This document shows, one piece after another, positions 23,201 to 34,954 of a stretch of DNA of 64,000 nucleotides. Location of the stretch: the NCBI GenBank assembly GCA_964187785.1, contig OZ076409.1, positions 8,620,001 to 8,684,000 of the forward strand, read 5' to 3'. The DNA comes from Amphiscolops sp. MND2022 (taxonomy: Eukaryota). The notes under the pieces are model-generated. The model searched no databases. It saw only the letters and a list, made by a program, of their open reading frames with translations, and was not told the origin of the DNA. How positions within the stretch are numbered: the stretch's first letter is position 1; every line of letters starts with the position of its first letter. A program made the position numbers and the translations under genes.

Positions 23201-26200
23201 CAACAATTAATTTTAACATTCCACGTCTAGTGCGTTAAAATGCAACATTTTCTAATTATTGTCACGTGGTTGAATGAATTCATTTGTAGTTGGTTTGATT
23301 ATTTCTTTCGTTTCAACCTTCAAAATGTTGGTAATTAGCTGATCAATTAAACAATTTGGGACGAATTGTCGCTTTTTACAAATGGGACGAATTGTCGCCT
23401 TTACAAAATGGGACGAATTGACGCTTGGGACGAATTGACGCTTGGGACGAATTGTCGCTTTTTGGAATTTGGGACGAATTGTCGCTTGGGACGAATTGTC
23501 GCCCAACCGCGAAATACAGGTTTGCCCTTCGATCAATATCAAAATTATCATCAATACTTCGTCTTTCAAAATTTTTCACAGGGTTTTGACTAGCTATTTT
23601 TTCGCTAAACCGCTTATTTCAAATTCTCTTTTTCACTGGAATAGTTTCTCTCCGAACTACCGAATGTTTGACTTCGAGTATATTTCAAAATGAAATGGTA
23701 ACTTTATTCAATTTTTGAGAGAAAAAAAGTAAAATTTTCCATACTGTGTGCGTTTTACTAGGGTAAGAAATGGAATTTTTCAAAATTCGTTTCGAAACTC
23801 CGTGTATGCTCAAAGCAAATTTTGAATTTCGACAATCTATTATTTGTCGCTAATTTGAATAGCTAATAAAATCGCTGAAAAACTCTTTAATGTTTAACGA
23901 TTACGTAACAAATAACATAAGAGCAAATAACATAAAAACGAGATTAGTCCCATTTAACATAAAAATGAAAATAGTTTCACATAACATAAAAATAAAACCG
24001 AATACCCGGTTAAACAATCGAACTCACGGAATTTTATATGTAATTTTCATACTTTTTTCGGTGAATCTTTTGAATTGTGAATGCCTTTTTTTAGTCGGCG
24101 CGTTTTCCTTTTAAGGAAAAATGCCCGACTATAGCAGTGACCTTTTTTAGTCGGCGCGTTTTCTTTTTAAGGAAAAATGCCCGACTATAGCAGTGACCTT
24201 TTTTTTTCTTCAGACTACAATCCTCACACTGATCGGTCCACTTTTCTTACAATTCTTACAAATCTTAAAATCTTACAATTCTGACTTAGTAAAATTAAAA
24301 TACTTGCGAAGTAGTATTTTTACATCATCTTAGAAACTCAAAGGACCAAAGGGTACGCCCTCCTTAGAGTATTTTCGGCTCTGTGAGACTTTTTTTTCGA
24401 AAAAATTTTTAATGTCTCAAAAGGGTCCCCTTTCTCATATTTTGAGGGTTTTCTCATATTTTGCAACTAAATGTATGTTAATCAATCCCAAAGGGTCCCC
24501 CCTTCTTTATTTTTCGGCACTATGCGACTTTTTTTGAATTTTTTTTTTCAAAAATTACAAGTTTTTTTCCAAAAAAAATGTTTTGCGCTTTTTGAGCCTT
24601 AGATATGGCGCCGACTTTAGACGGTCTCGTCTTGTTTGCTCTTACGTTATTTGGGAATCCACCATTTTCAATTGATTGATTGCGGGATCGTGTCAAAATA
24701 AGCAAACTATCATAATTGCCGCAGTGTTATTCATTTTAGACTTCGCCACACAGGAAATAGAAGGCGGTGCGACCCATCTTGTTGAAGTTGATCATGAAAT
24801 GGGTGCACCGAATGACGAAAGCATCGGATTTGTCGACACCCCTCGCTTCTCTGCAGGTGGCGTTGATGAGCAATTTGATACGTTGTTTGTGAACGACATC
24901 GGTGGCTGTTTGTTTTTGGACCGAAGCTTCGATGTTAGCGACATGGAGGTTGTTACTGAACTAGACGCTTCTCTGCTCAAAACGACAGTCTTGCCATCCT
25001 TGGGGTCTTTCCCAACCAGCCAGGACAGTTGCTCTTTCGTCGATGCGCTTTTGGACGAACACGGAGTGAAGGAGAATGACGTCATGTTTCTCTCTCCCAT
25101 GCCTTCCACAACCTGTTTCCCAAGCCACGATATGTCACCCTGGATTCCCCGCACCTACACCCCTGGAATTTACTCCTCCTATGGCACTGGGTCTGAATGG
25201 ACGGGGACGGAGTATACCAGCAATACTGGCAGTACATATGGTACTACTACTGTTCCCACTACCACCAAATCTAGTGGTCTGTGCGTAATAAGTGAAACAA
25301 CAACCAAACGCAGCAACCCGGTTTTTTATGCCTCAGAACACTTCGAATACAGCAGCAAATCTGACTACAGCAAGTCGAATGATCAAAAGTACGCAGAGGT
25401 TCCCCCACAAAAGGTGAGCAACCACAGTTTCGATAGACCTCTACAAAGCGACGGTGGCACGCCTTGGCCCGAAAGTTACTCCTCTGGAAACGAGATTTGC
25501 AGTTCAGTTTCAACCGAAATGGATATCGAAAAACATAGAACTCCTTTGATACAGGCTCCCAAGGTTATTGACAAAAACATCGCCCCAAGTTCAACTTTAG
25601 TTCACACGCTCTCATTCTCGGAAAAAGAAGATAATGCAAGTCTTTCCAGTAAAGACAAAGACAATTATTCCGGCAAAGGCAAATCATGGCATGGTTTCAA
25701 ATTGTTCCACGATCTCTTTGTTACGGATGATGATAAAAAAGAGAAAAAATTATCTGTCGAAGATCAGGGTTGGCATGCGATTTAAAATTGTTTTTACCTA
25801 ACCTATAAATAAGTTTTTTTTTCGTTTTGGGAACAGGTGTTTGTTACATATTTGGGGCTTTCACATTTTTCAATTGTTTACCTATATTAGAAGCATATCA
25901 GATGTTAAGTCAAGCACATCAGATGTTAAGTGAAGCATATCAGATGTTAAGTGGAGAATGTCAGATGTTAAGTGAATCGTCTCGTCTTTCGTTCCAAATT
26001 TTCAGCCAATCACTGACAACCAAACTGAAAGTGCTTTACAATCAGAAGTCAAGTGAACAATATCAGCATCCAAGTGAGTTAGCAAATAATAATCACCAAC
26101 GACGTTTCCAAATTTAACAAACGCTGACCAAAGAATGCTACATGTACACACAATCGTATGCGGTGTTCGTTCATTCAAGGTCCCATTTCGTTCACATTAG

Positions 26201-29200
26201 TTGAGATTTGCTGTAGCAAGCTAATCAAATTCTATTGGTTGTTGATTCAGTATCTGATGTGCTTCATTTAACGTGGAAACAGTGTATCTTTAAAAATAAA
26301 AACATACAAATTACCAACCCTGCCGAAGATAAACCACCCGTGTCTCCAAAGAATGGAGCGGAGGTAGACCCGAATCAGCGTCAAACCGACCATGGTGTCA
26401 AAATGGGTGTCATCTACGAAAAGGCGAAACTCTTGCCTAAAGTAGTTATTCAGTACCCCAGTAAGGAAAGAAGAAAGACTGGCTCTTTGACTGACAGCAG
26501 CACTGAACCCCCCGGGAACCCAGGGAATCATCCGGGAATCCCCAATTTGTTTGAACCTGGAAAGTTTGATTCGAGTGATTCCAAAAATCCCAATGAAAAT
26601 AATAATAACTTCTGTAGTTATTACACTGCAAGAGAGCACCAATTACCTCCGTCACCCGCTTGTAGATCCTTCACTGTTTTGGATAATCATTCTGGGAAAG
26701 CGTTCGGGGATTCGATTGGTGCTTACCACCAGCCAATCATCGTTGCCGCTGTTCTTCAACCGGATCAAGAATCGTCCATTTTTGACACCACCGGGCGGAC
26801 ATCGACTGTGGATAACAACATCAATCTGAATGCGGTGGGAAGTCCAAACGACGAAGACTTGTATCACTCAGCCGCCGATCATTTGCGCCCAAGTTCGCAA
26901 TCGGTCAGCGAAGGAGAAGGCGGTGGACGTAAAAGCAGAAGAAAAATTATCATCAAAAAACGCATCATCACTGAAGAAAGTTTCGATCTCAGTACTGGCA
27001 ATAGAAGCAGTACCGCAAACTTTGCCGCCAACCCTCGAGAAGAAGCAAATACGGGTGGGATGTCAAAGGAAGGGTCCACTAGCCAACTGGTGACTGCCAA
27101 TACCAACCTGGAAGAATACGAAGGGGAGACGGATCCGGTGTTTTCGCCCACTGTTACTTCCGAGGAGTCATCAAGTTTGAAACAGCCGGCGAATCAACAG
27201 TCCTCTTACAAAAGGACTGTCTCTATTGTGAGGAAAGAGACGAAGGATGAAACTAGTCAAGTCAGTAATCCGGATCAACGTGGAATCGTGTTTGATCTGA
27301 CTGGAGGGAACGTCGATAGTGAAAATGAGAATTTGACCGTTAATTCCGACGACGAAGAAGCGGATGCGGAGTTTCACAGCGTCGAAACTGAAATGCAAGT
27401 GCCGCCTCCTGCAAAGTACCAAACAGTGCCTGCTGCTGTAGACACCATTGAGGCACAAGCCTTGCCCGATTCAGTTCCAGAAGAGGAACCCTTTTCCTCT
27501 CCGATTGCGGATGACGCAATGAGTGCTGGAAATGCGGAAATCATCAGTGCCCGTAGCCAGCAAACCCACTATACCAATTCCTCGTATGAAAATAACTTCA
27601 TAGCCGACGTTCCGGATTCGATGGCGTCGGATTTCCGAGCTCCTGAAACTGGCGAGTCTGTTGCGACAGTTGACGGAGATTACGATGGTAATGGCGACGG
27701 AGGGTTTGACGATGACGTGTGTTCTTGCGAATGCCCGTTTTGTTACTGTCCTGATCAAGGTTGTTAAGCTGTTTTATCCATCAATAAAATACATGAAAAA
27801 AACTTGAATAAAATTATTTTTTAACAAGACGGGAACATCTAACGTCGACGCAATACCTAAAGCTCAAAAAGCGCAAAGTTTTTAAAGATGTAAAAGGGGA
27901 CCCTTTGTGTTTTTTGAAAGTCCAGTTTATTGCAAAATATCAAAAAAATTGAAAGGACCTTTTGGAGACTATAAAAAATTTTCGGAAAAAAAACGAAAAA
28001 TGAGAATTTTGAAAAAGTAGTTCTGTGAAAAAAGTGTCCACTACGCATACATTCTGTTGTCTGACGAAAAAAAATAGCCACTGTAATAGTCGGGCTTTTT
28101 ACCTTTTAACACTGTTTTTTGGACACTTTTCAGTTTTCATGGTCTGACTGTTCAATTTGTTTGCTACTTTTTGTTCACATGTCAGAACGCCTCGTGTGAA
28201 AGTGATATCTGGAAAAATCAATAAAGTGAATGACTTTTATGCTTTATATTCCTTTGTTAAATTTTTGTACAATGAAATAATATTTGGCAACAAATGAAAA
28301 ACTGGTGTGCATCACACATTGTTTTACACGATAGTATTCACAAGAGGAAAAAAACAATGAAATGCAAAAACAGTATATTTCGTTAAAAACATGTTTGAAA
28401 CATTTTCGTGAAAGAAAAACTGTATAATTAACAACGTTGGTGCTGATTCAGAGAGGGAAAACCTCTATGGTCCGCCTTCCCCGAGATACTCTGGCTCGTC
28501 TAGTTCTTCCTGCTCAGATCCCAACTGTTCCGGGCGGTATTCCAGGGGCTCAACCTCTAGTTACTGTTCGGACCCTGAATGCCAAGGTGACGTCAATCAA
28601 ATGCATTATCCCACAAACCAACATGGGTCCTACAGTTTTTCCCAAAGCTCCACTCCCGAGATGGCTTCGTTTTACGTCGAAGACGACAACACTTCTGACA
28701 ATCTGAACTCTTTCAGGCAGTGATGACCATTTTTTTGTTATTTAAAGCTAAATTAAAATGAAAATCATTTAAATATATTTTCATTAAATTTGAATGATTC
28801 ATTTAAATGATTTTTGTGCCATTTAAACGGTTTCTTAAATTTCTTTTTTTGAAGAAGTTTTTAAACTGAATGATTAAATTTATTTCAAAAATTCATTTGT
28901 AGTTTAAGCAACTAAAAGTAGTGTACGAATGTTTCTTGTATCGAGTCTGTTTCTACGGTTCGCCGTAAAAAAACGGAGCCTTTGAAAAAGCTCTCTGCGT
29001 GGGCACGTGACGCGGCAATATGCACAATATGATTAACAGCCAAAATTTTGTTGCTTTGCCAGGACGTTGTAGTTAATTACATGGCATAATCATTCAAATC
29101 TGAAAAATAAGTGGCTGTAATGAAAACACATGAACATTTAAAGAACGTTTAAATTTATATGATTCCTTTAAATGATTTGCCTTGAAAATCAGTTGAATTT

Positions 29201-29683
29201 GATTAATCAATTGAATAATCATTTGAATGATTTATTTAAATGGTCATCACTGCTTTCAGGGAATCGGTCGCTTCGGGACCATCTGCTGGTAATTCGGAAA
29301 ACTTTGTGGTCACGGTCGAAGATATGGATAGTCCTGATCGAGTTAAGCGCCACATACTTTCTGTGGTCCCTGAGATAATGGACCAATCTAGAGTTAGCAA
29401 AACGCGCAGGTTGCATATACATCAAACCAGACGAGTCACTGAAACCAACAGAATTTCCGAGAACGATGATCAATTCGAAGTTTCTCCTGAGGCCAATTAC
29501 TGGCCCCGAGAACAGCATGCCACTAGAGCAGTTAGATCGAGGAAAACCAAACGCTTCTCGGTTTCCGATCTCCCGTCTGAGGAATCAACTGTTACGAGCG
29601 TGCCAACTTCCAAGCAAAATCAACCCCCCGAAATACAACAGCACAAGTCTTCAAGATTCAACATCTTCAGGTGGCGCAAATAG
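8294..29683 (+). CDS. Large multi-exon gene, at least 3,161 aa, Ser/Glu/Asp-rich, probably disordered, function unknown (5' end not determined)
   Basis: Exons 8294-8639, 10411-10683, 11649-11824, 12667-12775, 13538-13801, 14728-14930, 15300-15576, 17074-17483, 18599-22877, 24740-25768, 26329-27759, 28452-28716 and 29260-29683 join in phase (9,486 nt, divisible by 3) and end at TAG. Donors at 11825 and 13802 are uncertain. Confidence 0.75.
8779..9981. mobile_element. Nested hAT-type MITE
   Basis: CAGGGTT...AACCCTG ends with perfect 8-bp TSD CTCTTAAG (8771-8778, 9982-9989). Confidence 0.8.
8823..9652 (+). mobile_element. HINE-like element copy (nested)
   Basis: Full termini; closely similar to 33667-34370. 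Confidence 0.75.
10009..10276. mobile_element. Foldback MITE with target duplication
   Basis: Imperfect TIR of about 37 bp, GGGAACGCTTATTTAGGCCCG / CGGGCCTCAAATATGCTACCC, flanked by GACAAGAA on both sides (8 bp, or 9 bp with the preceding C). Confidence 0.75.
10680..11637. mobile_element. Old MITE forming intron 10684-11648 (GT-AG)
   Basis: GAGGGTTGGTA / TACCAACTCTA inverted ends; TSD decayed; interior has TTATACGA repeats. Confidence 0.5.
11822..12655. mobile_element. hAT-type MITE forming the intron that ends at 12666
   Basis: 19-bp TIR CAGGGATGTGACTTTTATG / CATAAAAGTCGCATCCCTG (1 mismatch); decayed TSD GTGATAAA / GCGATGAC; contains a HINE copy at about 12190-12592. Confidence 0.75.
12995..13245 (+). 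mobile_element. tRNA-derived SINE fragment
   Basis: B-box GGTTCGAATC followed by AGCAAGTCCTTCATTCCTAGCTTAGTGG; homologous to 63160-63592 (minus). Confidence 0.55.
13396..13460 (+). pseudogene. tRNA-like relic / SINE head
   Basis: A-box TGGCTCAATTGG and B-box GGTTCGAACCC; no convincing acceptor stem. Confidence 0.4.
13799..14718. mobile_element. Old hAT-like MITE forming the intron that ends at 14727
   Basis: CAGGAATGAGCAAA / TTTTCTCAACCCTG imperfect inverted ends; TSD not recognisable; contains a HINE at about 13886-14450. Confidence 0.5.
14932..15292. mobile_element. hAT-type MITE forming intron 14931-15299 (GC-AG)
   Basis: 22-bp TIR CAGGGTTTTAACATCGCTAATT / AATTAGCGGTGTCAAAACTCTG; perfect TSD CGCAAAGG; removal gives HAK-ENQL. 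Confidence 0.9.
15578..17066. mobile_element. hAT-type MITE forming intron 15577-17073 (GC-AG)
   Basis: TIR CAGTGATGACCAA / TTGATCATCACTG; TSD CTCAAAGG / CTGAAAGG; removal gives LDLK-G-DSEL; contains tandem HINE copies at about 15927-16991. Confidence 0.85.
17749..18196 (+). mobile_element. HINE-like element copy
   Basis: Both characteristic termini present. Confidence 0.7.
23020..23506. repeat. Foldback element with tandem subterminal repeats
   Basis: Left arm GCGACAATTCGTCCCA repeats; right arm TGGGACGAATTGTCGC repeats (inverted). Confidence 0.7.
23579..23886 (+). mobile_element. Second copy of the 14932-15292 MITE family
   Basis: Starts CAGGGTTTTGAC and is collinear with 14932-15245 (ACCGCTTATTTC, GAATGTTTGACTTC, CATACTGTGTG, GACAATC). 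Confidence 0.75.
24086..24636 (+). mobile_element. HINE-like element copy with duplicated 5' hairpin
   Basis: The 5' unit TTTTAGTCGGCGCG...CCGACTATAGCAGTGACC (about 57 bp) occurs twice. Confidence 0.7.
25765..26322. mobile_element. hAT-type MITE forming intron 25769-26328 (GT-AG)
   Basis: TIR CAGGGTTGG / CCAACCCTG; TSD TCGAAGAT / CCGAAGAT; internal 21-bp tandem repeat (four units, about 25890-25975). Confidence 0.85.
27756..28439. mobile_element. hAT-type MITE forming intron 27760-28451 (GT-AG)
   Basis: TIR CAAGGTTGTTAA / TTAACAACGTTG; TSD GTCCTGAT / GTGCTGAT; intron length equals element + 8. Confidence 0.85.
28718..29252. mobile_element. hAT-type MITE forming intron 28717-29259 (GC-AG)
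   Basis: Perfect TIR CAGTGATGACCATTT / AAATGGTCATCACTG; perfect TSD CTTTCAGG; removal gives NSF-R-ESVAS. Confidence 0.9.
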
Positions 29684-29909
29684 AAAGAGTTCATACCTCG
29701 TTTTTTGTTTTACTCTTGAAGAAAACAAATTAAACGAAGCTTTGAATATATATCTTAAAAAATCCAATTTAGTTTCTTTCCTTGCCATTTTCAAGCTACT
29801 CTTTACAGGGCTAAATTTTTTCACTAGCTCCATCTAAGAATGTAACTGGTGCCTCACTGGTGCCAACAGAACATCAGAATTTTAAATTTTAATTTTGTCA
29901 GTTTAAAGG

Positions 29910-31380
29910 TTTTTAGTCGGCGCCTTTTCCCTTAAGGAAAAAAGCCCGACTATTACAGTGGGTAGTTTTTTTTAGTCGGCGCCTTTTCCCTTAAGGAAAA
30001 AAGCCCGACTCTTACAGTGAGTAGTTTTTTTTTGTTTTTTTCAGTTGACAATCTCACTCTGAGTGGTCCACTTTTCTTACAATTTTTGTTCATCTTTCAT
30101 ATTTGTTCATCTTCCATCTTCGACCCAGCCGGAGAGCGTGGGTTCGATTCTCGCATTAAACCATAAATTTTTTAATGCTTCCAAAAGTACAGGTGAGACC
30201 AAAGGGTCCCCCCTTTGGGTTTTTTTCGGCACTATGCGACTTTTTTCGAAAATTTTCGAAATTTATCAAAGGGTACCCCCTTGAATTTTTTGAAGTTTTC
30301 GGTTTGTAGAAAACGTTGAATGAGCCTGAATGGCCTCTTTTTGAGTTTTTCGGCATTGTGCGACCTAAAAAATACTTTTTTTTTCGAAAAAAAAATCAAA
30401 ATTTTTTTTTTGAAAAAAATTTTTTTCCAAATTTTTCCAATAGTTGTTCCTTGAATATTTTTGAGCCTAAGATATGGCGCCGACTTGGGACGTTCCCGTC
30501 TTGTTTTCTTTTTCAGCTTACAATCTCACTCTGAATGGTCCACTTTTTACAATTTGTTCATCTGTTCTGTTGTTCATCTTCGACTAAATTTCTGAAGCCG
30601 GAGAGCGTGGGTTCGATTCTCGCACTAAACCATAAATTTTTTAATGCTTCCAAAAGTACAGGTGAGACCAAAGGGTCCCCCCTTTGGGTTTTTTTTCGGC
30701 ACTATGCGACTTTTTTCGAAAATTTTCGAAATTTATCAAAGGGTACCCCTTTGCATTTTTTTGACGTTTTCGGTTTGTAGAAAACGTTGAATGAGCCTGA
30801 ATGGCCTCTTTTTGTGTTTTTCGGCATTGTGTGACTTAAAAAATACTTTTTTTTCGAAAAAAATTTCAAAAATAATTTTTTTGAAAAAAAAATAATTTTT
30901 TCCAAATTTTTCCAATAGTTGTTCCTTGAATATTTTTGAGCCTAAGATATGGCGCCGACTTGGGACGTTCCCGTCTTGTTTTCTTTTTCAGCTGACAATC
31001 TCACTCTGAATTGTCCACTTTTCTTACAATTCTTACAAGTTCTCAATTTCTTACAATTCTTAGCTTTACGAAATAGTATTTTTATATCATTTAAGAAACT
31101 CAACGAGGCCAAAGAGTATTTTCGGCTCTGTGAGACTTTTTTTTCGATTTTTTTCTCACCGAAGGGTCCCACCTTCAATTTGTTGATATTTTTGGACAGA
31201 ATGGATTTTGAAAAATCCCAAATGGTCCCCCATTTCAGTTTTTCTCGTCATTGTGAGACTTTTGTTCGAAAAAAAAATCATAAAAGGGTCCCCAATTCAC
31301 CAATACTTTGACATTTTGAAGTCTTTTTGGTATTTTTGAGCCCTAGATATGGCGCCGACTTGGGCCGATCCCGGCTTGTT
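29910..31380 (+). mobile_element. Head-to-tail tandem array of HINE-like units
   Basis: Duplicated 5' hairpin, then units ending at about 30502, 30980 and 31380. The first two units are near-identical. Confidence 0.75.
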
Positions 31381-32342
31381 GTTTTATGCTGACGTTTTCT
31401 TTGTAAAGTTTTCACCCGATGCGATTGGTTCAAGTGGAAACGACGACGTTCGACTCGTCTAGTTCTTCTTTCTAAACACTGTGTTCGTAAAACAGCTGAA
31501 ATTTTTGTTAAATACTATTTCAAAGAGTATATATAGGAGAGAGTCGCTCAGGTGATTTGTTTTTAGTCGGCGCTTCATGAAGTGAAACGCGACTATACTA
31601 GTGGCTTTTTTTGCAATCCACATGAACTGTGACCAAAATAGTTTTTTAGAAGTTCTACGATATTTTAAGGTGTCAGATTGGACCATTTGGCCCGAGGAAC
31701 TTAACCAAAAGGGTTGTTTCTTTTTTTTCAGCAAAACATACAATACCGGGCGAGACTAAAGGCCTCCCTCTAATTTGTTTTCGGCATTGTGAGACTTTTT
31801 CGAAAATTTTTCACAAAAGGGTCCCCCTTCATTTTTTTTGATGTTTAGCGACAGAAAAGTTGCAAAATCCCAAAGGGACCCCTTTCAGTTTTTTCGGCAT
31901 TGAGACGTTCGAAAAGTTTTAATGACCCCTTCAATTTTTTAAATGTTTTGCAACAGAAATGTTGAAAATTTCGAAAGGGTCCCCCATTTCAGCGTGCCAA
32001 ATCGGTCCAATTTTTGGGTTTTTCGGGTACTGTAAAATAGAATACTTGACACTTTGAAGTTCTTTTGCTGTTTGATTGGCTTATTGATTCATACGAACCG
32101 CTTTTTCTCATATAGAATATATATGGTAGTACCCGTTGGATTTATATCAGTTATATTTTGATATAGCGTATTTGGCTATAACGTTTTTTTTCGGTTGTGG
32201 CCAATGATGGCTATAAAAAGCATCTTTTAAAACGTGTTCAGTTCTCGTTTATTACACTTGCGATAAGCAAGTGTAATGGGAAAGTGCGGGTGCTTTTTTT
32301 CCGCGCGACAACTCTCGTTTCAGCCCGCAAGTCGCATAGTTC

Positions 32343-32418
32343 AGGCGTTCGTGGTCTAGTGGTAAGACGCTTGCTTTTCAACCCAGGGGTTTCGTGTTCG
32401 AACCCGTGCGTACACGCT
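32343..32418 (+). pseudogene. tRNA-like relic / SINE head
   Basis: TGGTCTAGTGG A-box and GTTCGAACCC B-box; imperfect cloverleaf. Confidence 0.4.
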
Positions 32419-32975
32419 AATTTTTTTTACAAGTATTCCGATGTAGAAGGTTCTCACTTTTTCGGCACTATGAGACTCCCCCTTTTTTCAGCGTTGTGAG
32501 ACTTCCGAAAATTTTCTAATGTCCCCAAACGCCCTCCCTTCAATTTTTGATATTTTGCAACAGAACGAATGTAAAAATGTTGTTTTTTTTTTAAATTTTT
32601 CAAAGTCTCCAAAGGCTGAAATTTTGCAACAGCATGGATTTCAAAAGGTCTCAACGGGCCCCTTTTACAGTTTTCGGCATCGTGAGATTTTTCAAAATGA
32701 ATAATTTTTGTCTTAAAATGAGGTTTTTTCAGGCCCAGCACGCTATATCCGTATTTGGGGAAAAATGGTTTTCGAGATTCATGCGTATCCCTTCGGGTAT
32801 TTTTGGCGCTGTAAAATTGTCGAAACTTTAACAATAATGTCCTTTTACCCTTTGTTGTCCGTATGATATTGCTTTTTTGGTTTTCTTCAAAAGTTCGCAA
32901 CTTTCTTCGCAAGTGTTTGCGAAGCACGGCTTCGCCTCTGTGTAACATTCTTGTTCAAAAAACGTTCTTGTTCCA

Positions 32976-33605
32976 AACAAGACGAGAACGTCTAAAGTCG
33001 GCGCCATATCTAAGGCTCAAAAAGCGTAAAACACTTTTTTTGGAAAAAAATTGAAATTTTTGAAAAAATTTTTTCTTTCAAAAGAAGTCGCATAGTGCCG
33101 AAAAATGTAAAAGGGGGGACCCTTCTGGATTTTTTAACAAACATTCTGTTGCAAAATATCAAAAAACTCAAAGGGGGGACCCTTTGGGGATATTAAAAAA
33201 TTTTCGAAAAAAAGTCGCACAGTGCCGAAAAAAATCCAAAGGGGGGACCCTTGAGGCACGTCCGGTTTTGTAGGTTACGTTAAAAAAGTAAAAAATGAAA
33301 GGGGGGACCCTTTGGAGACAAAAAAATTTCGGAAAAAAAGTCGCTTAGTGCGGAAAAAAATCCAAAGGGGGGACCCTTTGGGCACGTCCGGTTTTGTATG
33401 TTTCCTTGAAAAGGTAAAAAATGAAAGGGGGGACCCTTTGGAGTAAAGTTTGCCTTGGGCGGACTTGGCCTCAGGTGCTCTGCTCAGGATTGTAAAAAGT
33501 GGACCGATCAGTGTGAGGATTGTAGTCTGAAGAAAAAAAGAAAAAAAAGGTCACTGCTATAGTCGGGCATTTTTTGCTTAAAAGGAAAACGCGCCGACTA
33601 AAAAC
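32976..33605 (-). mobile_element. HINE-like element copy
   Basis: Both termini present; close to 62489-62992. Confidence 0.75.
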
Positions 33606-33666
33606 TGTCAACAACATCTCGTCTTACTCACATTCTGGTTGAATACAATCATTTCTATTGTGTTGT

Positions 33667-34370
33667 TTTTTAGTCGGCGCTTCAAGAAGTGAAACGCGAC
33701 TATTATAGTGGCTTTTTTTTCAATCCACACGAACTGACCAAAATAGTTCTTAAAAGTTCTACAAAATATTATTGCACCAAATTGCACTATTTGGTCTAGC
33801 GAACTGAACCAAAAAGGTTTGTCTTGTTTTCTCGCGTAACATACCATACCGGGCGAGACCAAAGGGTCCCCCTTTCATTTTTTTTCGGCACTGCGAGACT
33901 TTTTTTCGGAAAAAAATTTCCTCAAAGGGTCCCCCCTTCAATTTTTTTGCTGTTTTGCGACAGAATGGATGTTGAAAAACCCCAAAGGGTCCCCCCTTTC
34001 AGTTTTTTGGCATTGAGACTTTTTTTCGAAAATTTGTTTTTTTCTCCAAAGGGTCCCCCTTCAATTTCTTTGATATTTTACAACAGATTGGGTGTTTAAA
34101 AATCCCAAAGGGTCCCCCTTTCAGTTTTTCGGCATTGTGAGACTTTTTTCGAAAATTTGTTTTTTCTCCAAAGGGTCCCCCCTTCAACTGCGACAAAAAT
34201 GTTGACAATTTCGGAAGTGTCCCCCTTTTAGCGCGCCAGGGGCTCGCGCTAGCGGGCCCCGGCGCGCCACTCGGTTCATATTTTTTGCTTTTTCGATTTT
34301 CGAGTACTGTAAATTGACAATTGGAAGTCCTTTTGCTATTTTTGAGCCTTGGATATGGCGCCGACTTGTT
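33667..34370 (+). mobile_element. HINE-like element copy
   Basis: Close to 8823-9652; the 3' hairpin is deleted. Confidence 0.7.
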
Positions 34371-34954
34371 CTTGGCTATAATGAAATGCCTTCTCCTATA
34401 ATTTCTTGGCGCTTTAAGACCGATGAAACTTTGACCTGAAAGTTCAAATTCTCGAGTTACTCGTTTCCAGTAAAATACTGCCCGCATTTACATGTGACTA
34501 TTCTTTAGTTGGCGCATTTTATAAGAAGATGTAACCGACTATTCTGACTTTTTCTCCGGACCACAAAGCTTACATTGAATGGTCCACGTTTTGAACAGAT
34601 TTTGTTCACGCCACTTGTCACTTGGCTTTAAGCGTTTTGGTTTTCTCCCGACCATGGAGTGTATCTGAACGGTCCACTTCTTAACAGACTTTTACCCTCC
34701 TTGGCTCCTTTATTTTTTAGTCAGCACATTTTGGGAGAAATACGCCAGACTATCACAATTACTCGTTTTTGTTTCGTTGGACCACAGAATGTATGCATAG
34801 CGTCGTTTTTGAACAGAGCAGAGTTTGTTCTAGTTTGTTCTCGCTGGTTGTAGTTAGAATGCGCGCTTCCCAAGCAGAAGGCCGTTGGTTCGATGCCCGC
34901 CGGGGACTAATTATCTTTGTCTGGAAACCATGAGGTGTCAGGGTCCGCCTTTTG

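Noticed and set aside
25827..26117. ORF with EAYQMLS repeats
   Set aside because: A 21-bp minisatellite inside an intronic MITE.
34840..34910. Functional tRNA genes (also 13396, 32343, 63520)
   Set aside because: A/B boxes are present but the stems are broken; treated as SINE heads or relics.
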